NCBI GenBank assembly: GCA_001642005.1
Contig: LWCA01000002.1
Span: forward strand, 62,001 to 126,000
Source: Intoshia linei
Taxonomy: Eukaryota > Animalia > Orthonectida
Reading direction: 5' to 3'
Length of the DNA: 64,000 nucleotides
Of the stretch, positions 13,901 through 26,772 are shown one piece after another (position 1 is the first letter of the stretch; every line of letters begins with the position of its first letter). The position numbers and the translations under genes are program-made. The notes below the pieces were generated by a model that had not been told where the DNA came from, made no database searches, and saw only the letters and a list, made by a program, of their open reading frames with translations.

Positions 13901-16900
13901 TTCAAAGAAAAACGTGAATTTATATGAACTGGGTTAAAATGTTTTAAATGCTTTTACTCAAATATTTTTGAAGTACTATTGTAGAAAAATAATTTTTTTA
14001 AACACACACAATATAAATATGAAATTTGGCCAACCAACGGAGTGTTTATCTTCCTCCTATTCAGTAAACGTTATCAATCCTGACGAATGGTTTAAACCAG
14101 TGGTTCCTAAAGTGGTCCACATGGACCACTGGTGCTCTACAGGAAATTAAATGTGGTCCAAAAGAAAAATTTGAAATGAAATAAAATGAAAATAACCTTT
14201 TTTTAACAATAATAATAAATTAGAATCATTTAATCAAAATGAAGTGAAAATTTACTGAATAACGTGAATAATTTTCACATGCGTTAAATTTTAATCTATG
14301 TAACGATTTAACTTAGTTCCATTGTAGTATCCAGAATTGAACCTAGCAAGCCCGTCGCCACTTCAAAAATGAAAAATAGCCATTTAAAAAATTTGTAAAC
14401 GAATTATAATGTCATATAACCCTATCCACCTTTCGCTCATTAAGACTCTTGGGTTGACATTTTTAATTTAACACTCAAATTAGTTGATATACATGATTTT
14501 TTTAATGCTCAATTTAGTAAATTAAAGCCTCCATTTTAAAAAAAATTCGTCGAGATCCCTCGGTGAAAGGATATCGCATACTGCACTGGTAGTTCGCCAT
14601 AAGCATTTTTGAAATTAAGAATTTTTTTAATTACGCCATTGAAGCTACCTTGTCAAAATTAATGTAAAATTTTCGATTTAAGAAGAAATATATAATAAAA
14701 AAATCAAAATATTATCTGTGACGTTTTCAGGATTAAGGGGATTTTTTTGTGTGACAAGTGCTGGTTTAACCACTGGTTTAAACAATTCGAAAACTTAAAA
14801 AATAAATTATACGGACTCAAATAAGGATAAAGTTAAAGCAATCATATGACATGTATTGGTGAAAAAGCTAGAGCAAAATTAGGATGCAAGACTAAACTAA
14901 ATAAGCAGAATATTATGCATGAATTGCGCTAATAGATCCAAATGAACCCATTAGATTCGCCTAAAGAATGGTATCAATTAAAAAAATTACCAAGTGCCAC
15001 CTTGGATGAGTTTTTTTAAAATATGTATGCAATTTATGCAAAATGCGATTTTAATAAAAAAGACAACCTGATGCGCGATAAAATTGTTTTTGGATGCAAC
15101 GATGTAAAACTAGAAAGTCGCCTCATAATTAAAAAAAATTTAACCGTGGAAATAGCGAAAGAAATATGTCAAAATCACGAATTAACGCAAAAATTGAAAT
15201 GTTCAAATATTTTCAATGTTGATAAAATTGTAGCATATAAATGCGGATCTTGCGGTAAAGTTGAAAATTCGAGTTATCACAATTTCCCTGCAAAATCAGT
15301 TGAATGCTTTAATTGCAAGAAACGGGGTCATTTGGCTCGATGGTGTCGCAGTAGAAAACAGAAATTTATCAAAGGTACATTTTTGAATAATAAAAATATA
15401 GTTAGGATATATTTATCTTGAATTGGGAAATCAAAAATTAAGATTCCAGGTTGATACGGGCAGTGACATTTTCCTAGCACAGTAATTTTTTGAATATATC
15501 TTAGTTATCATTAGAGCGATTATTTTTTAAATAGGGCAAATTTTGATATGTTCATACGCATCAAATTACAATCACAATGATAGTAATTTTACGTGTATTT
15601 ATTGGCTAATTAAAATATATTTTCAAACATTAATTTTGTTTTATACAATTTTTGTTGTGTTTTGTACTTTTATTTTATACATGATTGTAGTAAATAAACT
15701 TATTATTAATTTTTATATCACTCACTAAAAGCAGTTTTTATTTATTCTTAACTTATTTCTATTCACAATATAGGTAATTTAGCAATACTTTTATGATTAA
15801 TGTTTTTTTAAGCATGCCAAAATATACAAAATCTAAATATGAAAAAATTTACAATATTACAAAACTTTATCCTAGTGAATTTACTAAGAATGACGACAAT
15901 TTAATTTTGTATGAAATGTTGCAATGTTACTTTTACAAAATTAATTTAATTACATCGCAAATTAGCAAAACACAAGAGTTTTACGCATATTGTCAGTATT
16001 GGAAGTTCAATTAGAACATCGAATGACTTTGCAACAGAAATGGCGGAAGCAATTCTATCTGCGGACATACTGCTAAAAAGTTAAATAACGTCAAGTTAAC
16101 AACAATATTTAATTAAAAGGGAATAATTTTGCCATCTGAAAGCAATTGCAGAAATAAAATTGATGATTTGTATTTGAATGAAATGGAGAGAATAAAAAAT
16201 TATTGTATTAATAAATTAATCTATCATTATGGACGAAACTGATTTAAATCCATATAAGTACATTAATACTATGGTCGGAACATTAGAAACATCTCAGAAT
16301 GTAATATTATATGATTGTAAAAATATTACAAGTAATATAAACGGACAAATGGTCATTCATACTCTTCATGATACAATTAAAAATAATTAAACAAAACAAA
16401 AAAATTTTTTAAAAGATAATTTTAAAAAATATTTGATTTTGTACTACAACAAATAATACACTTTTTATACATCTTTATTAAGACTTAAATTAGGGATCGG
16501 AAACCTTTTGCATCTAGTGGACCACTTTTCTATTCTTTACAGGTGTATTAGAAATAGTGGATTTGACTAACGAGTACTAAATTTAAAAAAAGTTATGAAA
16601 CTCTAAATTAGATATTTACAGACATAAGACACACTGCTTGTTCTACAACAACTATCTAATAATGGCAATACAATTATGTTTTAAAATTTATATAACGGTG
16701 CTACTGCCAACAAGGCCCCAGAAATATTATTATGGCAAATAAGAGATTTCATCACTGTTTAGAAAAAAATTTAACGAAAAAAACAAAAGTTAATAATTAG
16801 TTTTTTTCCAAAAGTTAATAAAGTTAAAGAAATTTGATTTGTAAGTTAAATTTTTTTATTATAGGTTAAAAAAAATCGCCATAGTTATCATATTTAAAGC

Positions 16901-18690
16901 AATAGTACCTGCAACCATGGCAACTATTAGCGGCAGGATAAAGGTTAAAGTGACCAGAAAAAATATGTACTATCAATTTTAATTTATTTGGTGTTAATTA
17001 TAAAGCTAAAACTACTTATCTATGATAACAATTAAAAAATTTTTGGCTTAAAGTTTATTCCAAATAAACTAAAAGTGATAGTACGTATTTTTCTGGCCAC
17101 TTTAAATTATTGGTATATAAATTTATTAACACAAGGGATTATAAAAATTTTCAATAAACTAACTGAGAAATCATAAAATAAAAACTTTAAACATCAAGAA
17201 GCGGGGGTTTTTTGATAAATATTAATGCCATTCTGCAACAAATTAAGCGAGTCTCATCGTATATATGTGTCATTTTTATATAAGGGAAATGGAATAGCTC
17301 TATTGCACACATCACAAAACCTGACACATCAAATATTGACCTTGAACAAAGTAGATATACTATTGTATAATCTTAACCTTTAACATATTCATTGATTTTC
17401 AACTACACTTTAGAATTAATTAAGTAGTCATTGTCAATTTATATTAACTCACATTAATTTTGCATTTTTTTGTCTTTGATATTAAAATACATGTAGAATC
17501 TACATTGTAGATACATTCCTATTTCTCATCTTATCAAATATATCATATTATTATAGTAAATAGTAATTACTGTATTGTATGTAAATAGTTAATGGGACAA
17601 TATGGGTGGACATAATTACTTATATAAAATTGAATGTTTGTGTTACCGTTTATTTAAAAAATTAAGTTTTTGAATTGAAAATTTTATTTTTCTGGAATTC
17701 ATGTTATTTATGATTACTGTTTAAGATTATACTCATTTTCTATAATCAAGTAAAAATTTTGGCTTCGGTAAAGCTAGCTGGTGTTTGTACCAAGTACATA
17801 ACAGTCAAGTTAGTTATAGTATAATTTTACCATATGAGATCGAAATATAATCTTGACAGATTGATATTATAATACCGGTTACAGGCTAGACCAAAATGAC
17901 GAACCCTGGTAAATATAAACTTGGTTGAAGTTGTTAAATTTCAACGATATAAATTAATAAATGGAATCGATCGTATTAATATATGTATATTGAATACTAT
18001 TATAATGATGTAGACATAATTATAATCAATAAATAGGATTAATTTAAAACGAAAATGCTGGCTCAGATTTAAAATAAATACATAAAATGAACTTATAATT
18101 CATGAAAAAATGATTACTAATTAGGGCAGCAATGTTTCCATATACGTACTCGTCGAGCTTTCCATCAAATATAGAAATATTAAATATACTTTTGCGTATC
18201 ATTGAAGCTACTTTATAACCTAAATAATAAATAAATTGTGTAATATACTGTAGATATATATTAGAAAGGTAATAATTTGACTCAATTAAACTAAATTTGC
18301 TTTAAATAATCTAAGTAAAGTACATTGATATTAAATATAATATTGATGTTAAAAATTAGATGAAAATATCAAACAGAAAAATCTAATTGTATTTGATTTT
18401 TCATAAATAATAATAAGATTACCCAAAGTAGTAGCACCTATTGTTTCAAAAATTGAGGCAAGTACCAACGCTTGTCGCAGAGTGAGAGCTCCGGAACCAA
18501 CCGACGTACCGAACGAATTGGCTACATCATTAGCTCCCATACTCATGGACAATACAAACGCGAGACAGAGAGACGCGACAAGCAAGATGATTGATTGCGT
18601 GCTAAATCCATTATATAATACAGCTGAGGTTGTGATAACAAATGAGAGGGTCGTAGGGTTTACTGATGAAGAAAGCAATTTTAATTTCAT
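10942..18690 (-). CDS. Sodium-dependent phosphate transporter (SLC20/PiT family), about 8 exons
   Basis: N-terminal [16 protein letters not shown] and [13 protein letters not shown]-terminal FAHGANDI and [13 protein letters not shown]. Exons at about 18690-18424, 18219-18118, 13323-13097, 12590-12472, 11999-11933, 11568-11457, 11410-11139 and 11102-10942. Start codon uncertain. Confidence 0.9.
14425..14750. repeat. Dispersed non-autonomous element, copy at about 53266-53625
   Basis: Shared blocks such as aatttagtaaattaaagcctccattttaaaaaaa, cgagatccctcggtg and ttacgccattgaagctacc. Related pieces lie near 12190-12448, 39370-39536 and 43672-43888. Confidence 0.75.
14940..15470 (+). mobile_element. 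Ty3/gypsy-like LTR retrotransposon gag-protease remnant
   Basis: ORF 15023-15421 has RDKIVFG and a CCHC knuckle ([14 protein letters not shown]). An out-of-frame aspartic protease motif FQVDTGSD follows at about 15444-15467. No LTRs seen. Confidence 0.75.
15814..16385 (+). mobile_element. Degenerate hAT-like (CGGBP1-type) transposase remnant
   Basis: Broken peptides MPKYTKSK...YPSEF, AILSADI...LPSESNCR and IMDETD, with multiple stops and frameshifts. Confidence 0.45.
16945..17105. mobile_element. Palindromic MITE with TTAA ends (Kolobok- or piggyBac-like)
   Basis: About 65-bp imperfect inverted arms: ttaaagtgaccagaaaaaatatgtactatca... and ...tgatagtacgtatttttctggccactttaa. Confidence 0.7.
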
Positions 18691-21600
18691 AATTCCAAAT
18701 TGACTAAATTGCAAATAGGTAAATGCAAAATCGGTTGCAGTAGTAGTTGAATATACAAGTTAAATTGAATAAGAAATGTTGTTTAACTAAATAGAAAATA
18801 ACACAATTTGCTGTTTGTTTGTTTACTTTGTGTAAAATTATACTATAAATTTGATTTCACAATTTGTAGGTTTTAAATTTGCTCATAATTAGCTTAACAC
18901 ATCAGAGATTTTTATTTTGTAATTTCACGTATCAAATATCACTATGTGCAAGTAATGATGGTTCAGAGTACAAAATCCAATGAGAATCTTGTTCCATTTG
19001 ATATTGTCATTAAAACTTGTTGAAACCTATAGATTTTGTCAGCGATGAATATTTTTTAATTTTTATAAAATTAAATTGTACATTTTAAAGGAAAGTCTTT
19101 ACTATTTATTTTATTCAACTATTGTGTCTATTTTTGAACATTATAAATGCGTAGGTGGAATTGGATTTATGAATCTAGACTAAAGATTATTTTGAACTAC
19201 GTGGTATTAGTTGATAGACAAAAAGTGGCTAAAATGATTAATGAATAAAATATTAATTGTTATATTGTCAAGTATTCAACAAAATATTGATCCAAGAAGT
19301 TGACTAGAATGTAGAATTTATATTTTTTATCATATTTCAGTTTTTTACTTTAAGTTAAGTTTAGTGTCTAGTGGCAACGTGTTTTTTAATGATTTTATTC
19401 TACATATTTATAAGGTTAAATGTTCTTTTTTGAGTATTCAACTTTTGGTAATCAAGCCAATATTACAATATTTAGTAAATAAAAAACTAAAAATACTCAA
19501 CAATAAATATTACGACAACTACAAACGAGCCTGCTAATTCTGTCGTTTCTATCAGGTAAGACAGTATCTCCCAACCTTTTTTGTGATACACCACTTTCAA
19601 TCTTAAAAAATACCAAGCCGCACTTCAAAAAATGCTGTTAGGTCATTTTTTTGCTGATAAAAAATGTACTCGTCAAAACTATTTACTTTAACCCTTACGA
19701 GACCATGCTGATTATCAAAATTGAAAGCAAAAAATTTCACTTTTGAAATGTTAAAAAACACGAAAATTTTAAGCTTAAAATTAATAAATTTCACATGTCA
19801 TTGATTTGTAAAGTGAACAACTTAAATTTTGCTAAATATTTGTCTAAAAATTAATATTAAAATATTAATTTATGACACGTAATTACAATGACGTCGCGTG
19901 ATTGTATATTAAAATATAATCTATTTTATTGCTGGCACCAACATTGATAATAAAATTAATTTTTACCCATATTACATGTTATTGTATGAGCAACAATTTG
20001 TTCATAATTTATATTGGTACCGTCTTATTTTGGTTTGTCTACAAAGCAATCTAAATTTATGAGTGTAGTTTTTGGTATCTATACATGCAATTATCTCGTA
20101 AGGGTTAATACAGTAAATATTTTTTACTAAAAGTGAGTAAGTCCTCAGTGAAGACCTATTTGCAGTTTATTCGTAAATATTTAACTTTTTTTAAATTTAC
20201 AATTATTTTATTATTCTTTAAAAAAAATTTGTGAGCGTAGCTTGGTGGACACTGCTTCTCAAAGTAATAAACGTCGTGGACATCAAAATTTAAAAATCAT
20301 TTATTATGGATCACTAAAATATTTATATGTAAATATTGTTTTCATCATTTTATCTACTTTAATTATAAAATTTAATGTAAATATTAATCATATTTTTAAT
20401 TAGGAAATTTTTTTCTTACTTTCTAAAATATTTTTGGCAATCAATATTGAATCAAAAAAATGTTGGAAAATGAGGATTTTACCGTACAGGGTTGGTATAA
20501 TTGTATTTTTTCTTGTCAGATTTGGAAAAAACGGATTTTTCCATTAAGTAATGCTACCATATTATATATGTAGTAGTACTAGGTTAATTGCTATGTACTA
20601 CGTACAAACATCACCTAGCTCTGCCGAGGGCACATTTATATTATTCCAAAAAAATAAATTCACATTGAAAATCTAACTTAAAAATCCATACTATTCACTA
20701 TTATCAATCCTTTAAAGAAGTGATTGGCCAACTTGTTTCAGGTGAAATCGTCATATAACATTAATTTTTACTTTAACGTGAATTATTACACCTTAATTTT
20801 GTTTTAATATTTGCGTAAATTCCAAGGGAATGAATTATATCGATTTTCACCTATATTTCTTTATTGTATCTTTCATATTTTTGAAATTGTAAGATCAATA
20901 TTTACATTTTCAATTTTTGTTTTAATCGCAATATTTGAAAAATATTGGTTGAATATATATTAAAAACTATTTTTCATCGGGAATTCGAAGATTTCTCGGG
21001 TTGAACTTTTGTATTTATATCAACTGGAATAAGCTCTGTCAATCAGACAATTGTTATTAGATCTTTTAGTCGGTTATTATTACTAGAGTCTAATTTTTTT
21101 ATTTACCTTTTCGGACCGTTAATTATTTCTCATTTTTTGTTTTAATAAAATATAAGAATACTAAAATGCTTTTTTCACCGTGAAGTCGTCACTTATTCGG
21201 ATCGAAATTTTTTGTGTGTGTTAACAGGATACAACTGTACCACCTGTAAATTTGTTGTAATTCTAGGGCTGTTTTCATTAAAAAAAGAAGGGTAATTTGA
21301 GGTTTTGGCTCTTAAGATATAATTTTTTTAAATTTAAATTTATGGTAACGTCTATGATTTTAAAATCCGTATCCGTATGATATTTTTCAAATACATTAGA
21401 AACTATTTGGCCCATATCTATCTTCAACGAACGAATTCATAAAAAAAAAAATTTCATGTATGTCTATCTGACCTGGCTATATTTTCTACTAGTCACATTC
21501 AGGAATGTTGAAAAAAAGTTCCGATTTGTCGTCTAGTGTAATATCGTAACACTACCTTAAGGGTTGGTAAATTTCGATTTTTTCATTTGTATATAGTAGT

Positions 21601-21777
21601 TTTCCCCATAATAATATTAATTTAATACCTGAAATATATTATGGAGCCCTTTGAGAAGTACTGCTTTAGAGTCTATATAATGATAGAAGTGAAATCTGAG
21701 AAACTGATGCAAAACAATAAAAATATATATATAATTTATTTCTATATAAGATCAAAGATCTAATAAATACAATGAAA

Positions 21778-21835
21778 TTTTTTGTTCTAATGGAGAAATG
21801 AAAACTTTGTAACACCATCATCATGTAAAAAAAAA
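21778..21835 (-). promoter_or_regulatory. Candidate SECIS element in the TGR 3'UTR
   Basis: mRNA reads UUUUUUUAC AUGAU GAUGGUGUUAC AAA GUUUUCAUUUCU CCAUU AGAA CAAAAAA. This gives an AUGA core, AAA 11 nt after UGAN, a GAUGG/CCAUU helix, a 3' NGAN and a U/A basal helix. The upper helix is weak. It lies upstream of AAUAAA (21740-21735). Confidence 0.6.
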
Positions 21836-21887
21836 GATTGCATTAAAATTGATATAAAGCCAATTTAGCATTAAATACTAAATTGGC

Positions 21888-23903
21888 TTATCCTCAGCAT
21901 CCAGATTTAGCAAAATTCTTGCCCGAACTTTTAGTAACTGTAAGAGAAAGCAAAATTTCACTACAAGTCGGGTGAATACCAATAGTTTCATCAAAATGTG
22001 ATTTGGTTACACCAACAGTCATTGCAACGGCATAGCCTTGAGTAACTTCACCAGCATTTGGACCAAGATAGTGAAATCCAATAATTTTTTCATTTTGAGA
22101 TTTAATACAAATTAATTTGCAATAACATTTATTCTCGTTATTTTCAACAATAGCCCATTCTAATGGAGTGAAGTGTGTGTGATAAACTTCGATATCTTCT
22201 TGACCATACTTTGAAATGGCATCTTCTTCAGAAAGGCCAATAAACCCGTATTCGATAGGCGTAAAAACAGTGGTGGGAATGATATTATAGTTGGTAATAG
22301 TTTTGGATTTTGTAAACATTCGATCGACTAATAATTGACCAGCTTTGATGGCAACAGGAGTTAGTTGAGGTTTTTGATAGAGCACATCTCCGATAGCAAA
22401 AATGTTATTAACCGCAGTGGTTTCGTTTTTATCAACAATGAATCCATTTTTTAGCTGTATTCCCAATTTTTCGAGGTCAAGCTGCTGTGTCAAAGGATAT
22501 CGCCCAATAGCAAACAAGACTGTGTCGTATTCTTCTGTAATTGCGTTTGAATTGTCTTTAGTAGATTTTGCAGTTATTTTAATGCGCTTTTTCGATGCGT
22601 CAACAGAATTTGCATTTGTAGACTCTTCCATACTAGTCAATATGAACGGCCGATAAGTCTTCAAATTCCCAATGGTATTCATATTGTCGTAGATTAATTC
22701 GGCAATTTGTTGATCAAAACCACGTAGCAATATTGACCGGATCATAAGATCAGTCTGATAACCGCAATGTGCTAAAAATCCAGCACATTCAAGCGCAATA
22801 TATGATCCTCCTACCACAAGAGTTTTACCCGGAGGTTTTTTTAGCCAAAACAAATCATCACTAGATATTCCCAATTTTTGTGCATTGGGTCCCAAATTAT
22901 CCGGATAAATGGGTCTACCTCCAGCCGCCACAATAACGTACTTTGAAGATATAATTTCAGTTTTACCATTAGGATGTTTCAATTCAATTTTATTCTTATC
23001 CTTGAAAACTCCTAAAGCTTTGTAATATTTTATACCCTCATCTTTAAATCGCAAGCGATAAGAGTAATTTAGAGATTTAATGTAATTGGAAATATTTTCG
23101 GCAATTTTAGCAAAATTGAAATTGGATTCACTCTTTTCCCAACCATAAAATTGAGAATCTTTAGCACTATGTTTATGCAATGCGGACGTGTGCCACAATT
23201 TTTTTGGAATACATCCAACATTAACACATGTACCTCCTACGCCCCATTTTGTCCCATGTTGAGTTGGCTGCACATAATCTATTACAGCTACCCGGAACCC
23301 AAAAGACGCAGCTCTAGAGGATGCAGCCAAACCACCTGAACCTCCACCAATGATTATTACATCATAATCAAATTTATGATTCATTTTCAATTTTGTATCG
23401 ACTAGTCCCATTTCATCTTCTTTCAACAAAACATCTGAACCGGAAATGTGAAACCCGTTAATGTAGATCTGAGGAACTGTTTTAAGTTTTAAATCTTCGA
23501 TAAAATACTTGCGAACAATAGGACCGTCGTTTTCTTTATCAAATTGGTAACTTTTATATTGTAAATTCTTTGATTTAAAGTATTCTTCAACTTTTTTACA
23601 ATACGGACAAGTCGTCGTACTAAAAATGATTATTGGATTCGATTCAATTTCAAAGTTGACAAATTTCTTTACATCCGACATTTTTGTTAATTTGGAATAG
23701 TTTCTTTTACCACTATTATTTAAGGTACACAATGATTTAAAGTTTTGCAAATGTTTTATATTTAGTATTTGTGTGTTCTTGTGAAAATTTCGTATTGCAA
23801 AGCTATTGACTATGTTTCCAGAATAATTAACTTTAAATAGCGAGTTTAATCTGTGCTTTGTGTTTCTTTTGATACAAATACCTGCTATTTCGACTAGTTT
23901 CAT
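21888..23903 (-). CDS. TGR: Thioredoxin-glutathione reductase (Grx-TrxR fusion), selenoprotein, intronless, 671 aa with Sec
   Basis: Grx domain with CPYC and TVPQIYI, FAD motif GGGSGG, redox motif CVNVGC, GGSYIALE and IHPT. The C-terminus reads TCT GGA TGC TGA GGA TAA = S-G-C-U-G-stop. Confidence 0.96.
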
Positions 23904-24193
23904 TCAATAACTACAACACAATGTATTATGTATTTTAAACATCCTGTCACTGAACTTTAGTCTAAAGCTTAATAACCTGGCAATCAACTATTAAACTTTC
24001 AATATCATTTTACTGTTTAGTTTATTTATTATTTTTTAATTAATTTTGATATGATAATCAGCATAATGATATCAAAGTTATATATACAGTCTAAGTCCTT
24101 ATTAACGAAATTTTAAATTATTTATTTTTTCTTAACGAATTTGTATGCACCAAAAATTCAGTTAATAATAATTTTATCTCTAAAGCTCTAGAA

Positions 24194-25245
24194 CAGGGGT
24201 GCACAACGTGCGACCGTACGGCCGCATGCGGTCGTGAGAGCGTTTATGTGCAGCCGTGGGCAATACATCTGATCATAATGCAATATATAATTTTACTTCA
24301 AATTGTAAAGTTAAAATGACATTTTATTTAACATATTTTAATCAAAAAGTTACATTCTTGACTTTGCCCCAGTTTCTCTAATGTTAGCGAAAGGCACACC
24401 AAATCAAGGCAGTCACTAATATCTTTTTTATGTCATTATTAATATTTACATATATTTTTTTATGTCTTCATCTCTAATGTATCAACAAATCGGTTTTTAA
24501 TGGAACTTTTTTCTGTTGTCCAATTATTATTAATTATTTGCCGAAAAATTAATGTTTTTTCGAAAAAATATTAGTAAAAAAAGATTTTTAAAATTTTTTT
24601 AAAATCAAGTTTTTTTTTATGAATCATTCAGAAGAATTATTGAACTAAAAATTTGGTAAAATAGGATTTTTCATAAAAATATTGGTACAAGCGATTTTTT
24701 TCCTTAAGGGTTGGTTTAATTTGGTGTTTTCTTGTGAAATCTGATAAAGTAGATTTTATTCTAAATTCTGATATTCTAAATTCTTATTCTAAAACTTTAG
24801 TAAAAATCGATTTTTAAAAAAAATATTGGTAAAAAAAGATTTCTTCCTTAAGGGTTGGTGAAATTTTCGTTTTATCTCATAAAAGTATATTAAATTGGAT
24901 GATTTAATGAAATATTTTGAAAATTGTAGATTAGCCTACAATCATCTAAATTTTCGTATTCACCCCTTGGGGTGCCAGTCACCCCATGATAAGCACTGCA
25001 TTAATCCTATTATTGTTATTTATTCCGATTCAAATAAATAAATAATGTGGTTAATTTATATAAGTGAATTAAAAATTATTAATTAAAACTTGCTGATATT
25101 AAAATTTAAAGTAAACTATTTTATTAGACCTAAAATTCAGGTGCAGAGTAAACTTTCTAAATGTCGAAGTAAATTTTGTGAAACCGTAGTATCAATGAGA
25201 AAATGAGCATTGTGGCTGAATTCGTGGGAAGGTTTTGCACCCCTG
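24194..25245. mobile_element. Non-autonomous hAT (Buster-type) element
   Basis: TIRs CAGGGGTGCA...TGCACCCCTG. Perfect 8-bp TSD CTCTAGAA at 24186-24193 and 25246-25253, with central TA. Contains an internal ttggtaaaa/ggattttt minisatellite-like block also present at about 40880-41143 and 20420-20550. Confidence 0.9.
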
Positions 25246-25930
25246 CTCTAGAATCTATTTTTAATGAGATCATAAATATCAACTCATTTTGGTAATTAGA
25301 ATCAGTTTATTACATTTTTTATCAAATTTTTAATAAATATTAAATTAAATGGCGTTAATTAAAAATAATTATTATTATTGCGAAAATAATCATTTTAACT
25401 ATATTTTATATCTGTAAATATATTTTAAAATTAATAAAATTTTTCATGAACGTCATAAAACTGATGTAGACCCGTTGATAATGTTTTTTACATATTATTT
25501 CGTCATGTATTATTTAAAAATTAATAATACCAAAAAATATGACTATTTAATGGTTTTTATTCTCAAAAATTCAAAAAAATTAAATTCCGTTAACTAGGGT
25601 GTACTATAAAAAAATTAAGATTAATGGAATTAAAAATTCCCGTTAATTAATAATAATTAAACACTACATGCCATCAACTTTATAATAGAGACTGGAATTT
25701 CAATGTGGATAAAAGCATTTCTTTTTGATAACAGCTGTTTAACAATGAAGTTTATCAAAAATTTCGTATGAATGGATAAATTAAGATATTATTACTCAGG
25801 AAAGTGAAAATTTAAAAATAATCGGACGACACATTTAAAAACACACACGAATAATGTTTTATTTTAGAATCTTATAAACTAGAAATTGAAAATTCTAATA
25901 AAAACCCTAGTTTTGTGCCTTCCTTTAGAC

Positions 25931-26448
25931 CAGTGTTTCCCAACCCATTTTGCGTTTCGCCCATTTTTTAAAATTTTAACTATATTATTTGTATCGCTCA
26001 GTAAAAATAATAATAATAATGCTTTTGCGATAAGATGAGACATGCGATAAAATGCTATTCATTCATTTTTATTTTTTATATGATTATTTTTAAATAATTT
26101 AGATACAGTACGATGCTTCTGAAATTTTTGATAGACGTTATCAAAACATGTAGCAGGCTTAATCACATTATTTGGATGTTGTGATTTATCCACAAACATT
26201 TTTTGGAAGCAGGCATAATTAAATTTTATTAAAATATAAATTGCAACATACTTACTACACAAATAATTGGTGTTAAATAACTTATATTGTCAAACTCTTA
26301 ATAAATTAATTATCGTTCAAGTTATCGTTTTTTTGTATTTGATAAAATTCAAAATTTAATTTGTTGAAAAAAATTAAAAATATATATTTTTTTATATATT
26401 TTCGCATCACCCACTACTGGGCGATATCGCCTAGGTTAGGAAACATTG
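25931..26448. mobile_element. hAT-type MITE
   Basis: CAGTGTTTCCCAACC...GGTTAGGAAACATTG inverted termini. TSD degenerate. Confidence 0.65.
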
Positions 26449-26699
26449 CGTTATACCATTATACTAAATTTGCAATGAAAACTAATAAACTTCACCACAA
26501 TCACAAACTTATCCAATTTCATAAACATGTTTGTCATTTAAAATTTAAATTTATTATTTTCGATAAAGTTAAGTTTAATTTGAGAATCGAAAAGTGGAAT
26601 TTAAAATTGGTGAATTCACCCAAAAATAGAATTAATCGTTCGTATTAATTTGCGAATGTTAATTTGTTTTTTAAATGTTATTGAAAATAATTCTACAAC

Positions 26700-26772
26700 G
26701 GTCTCGTGGTGTAGTGGTTATCACATCTGCTTAACACGCAGAAGGTCACGGGTTCGAAACCCGTCGAAACCT
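26700..26772 (+). tRNA. tRNA-Val(AAC)
   Basis: Cloverleaf: acceptor GGTCTCG/CGAAACC (one C:A mismatch), anticodon arm TCTGC-TTAACAC-GCAGA, T-arm ACGGG-TTCGAAA-CCCGT. Followed by an oligo-T Pol III terminator. Confidence 0.93.

Noticed and set aside
15023-15421. Domesticated gag gene
   Set aside because: Upstream stops and an out-of-frame protease motif indicate a decayed retrotransposon.
16909-16924. RFX X-box-like motif (gcaaccatggcaac)
   Set aside because: Imperfect, deep in a TE-rich intron, and not near a start site.
21894-21896. Genome-wide UGA reassignment
   Set aside because: UGA terminates other genes in the window and Trp is encoded by TGG. The GC-U-G context is explained by Sec recoding.
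22402-23339. Plus-strand ORFs 22402-22656 and 23151-23339, and similar ORFs 18482-18703, 28965-29324, 10931-11131 and 52092-52322
   Set aside because: Antisense shadows of real coding exons.
24500-24900. CRISPR-like spaced repeats (ttggtaaaa...ggattttt)
   Set aside because: Degenerate minisatellite inside a hAT element in eukaryotic DNA. There are no constant repeats with unique spacers and no cas genes.
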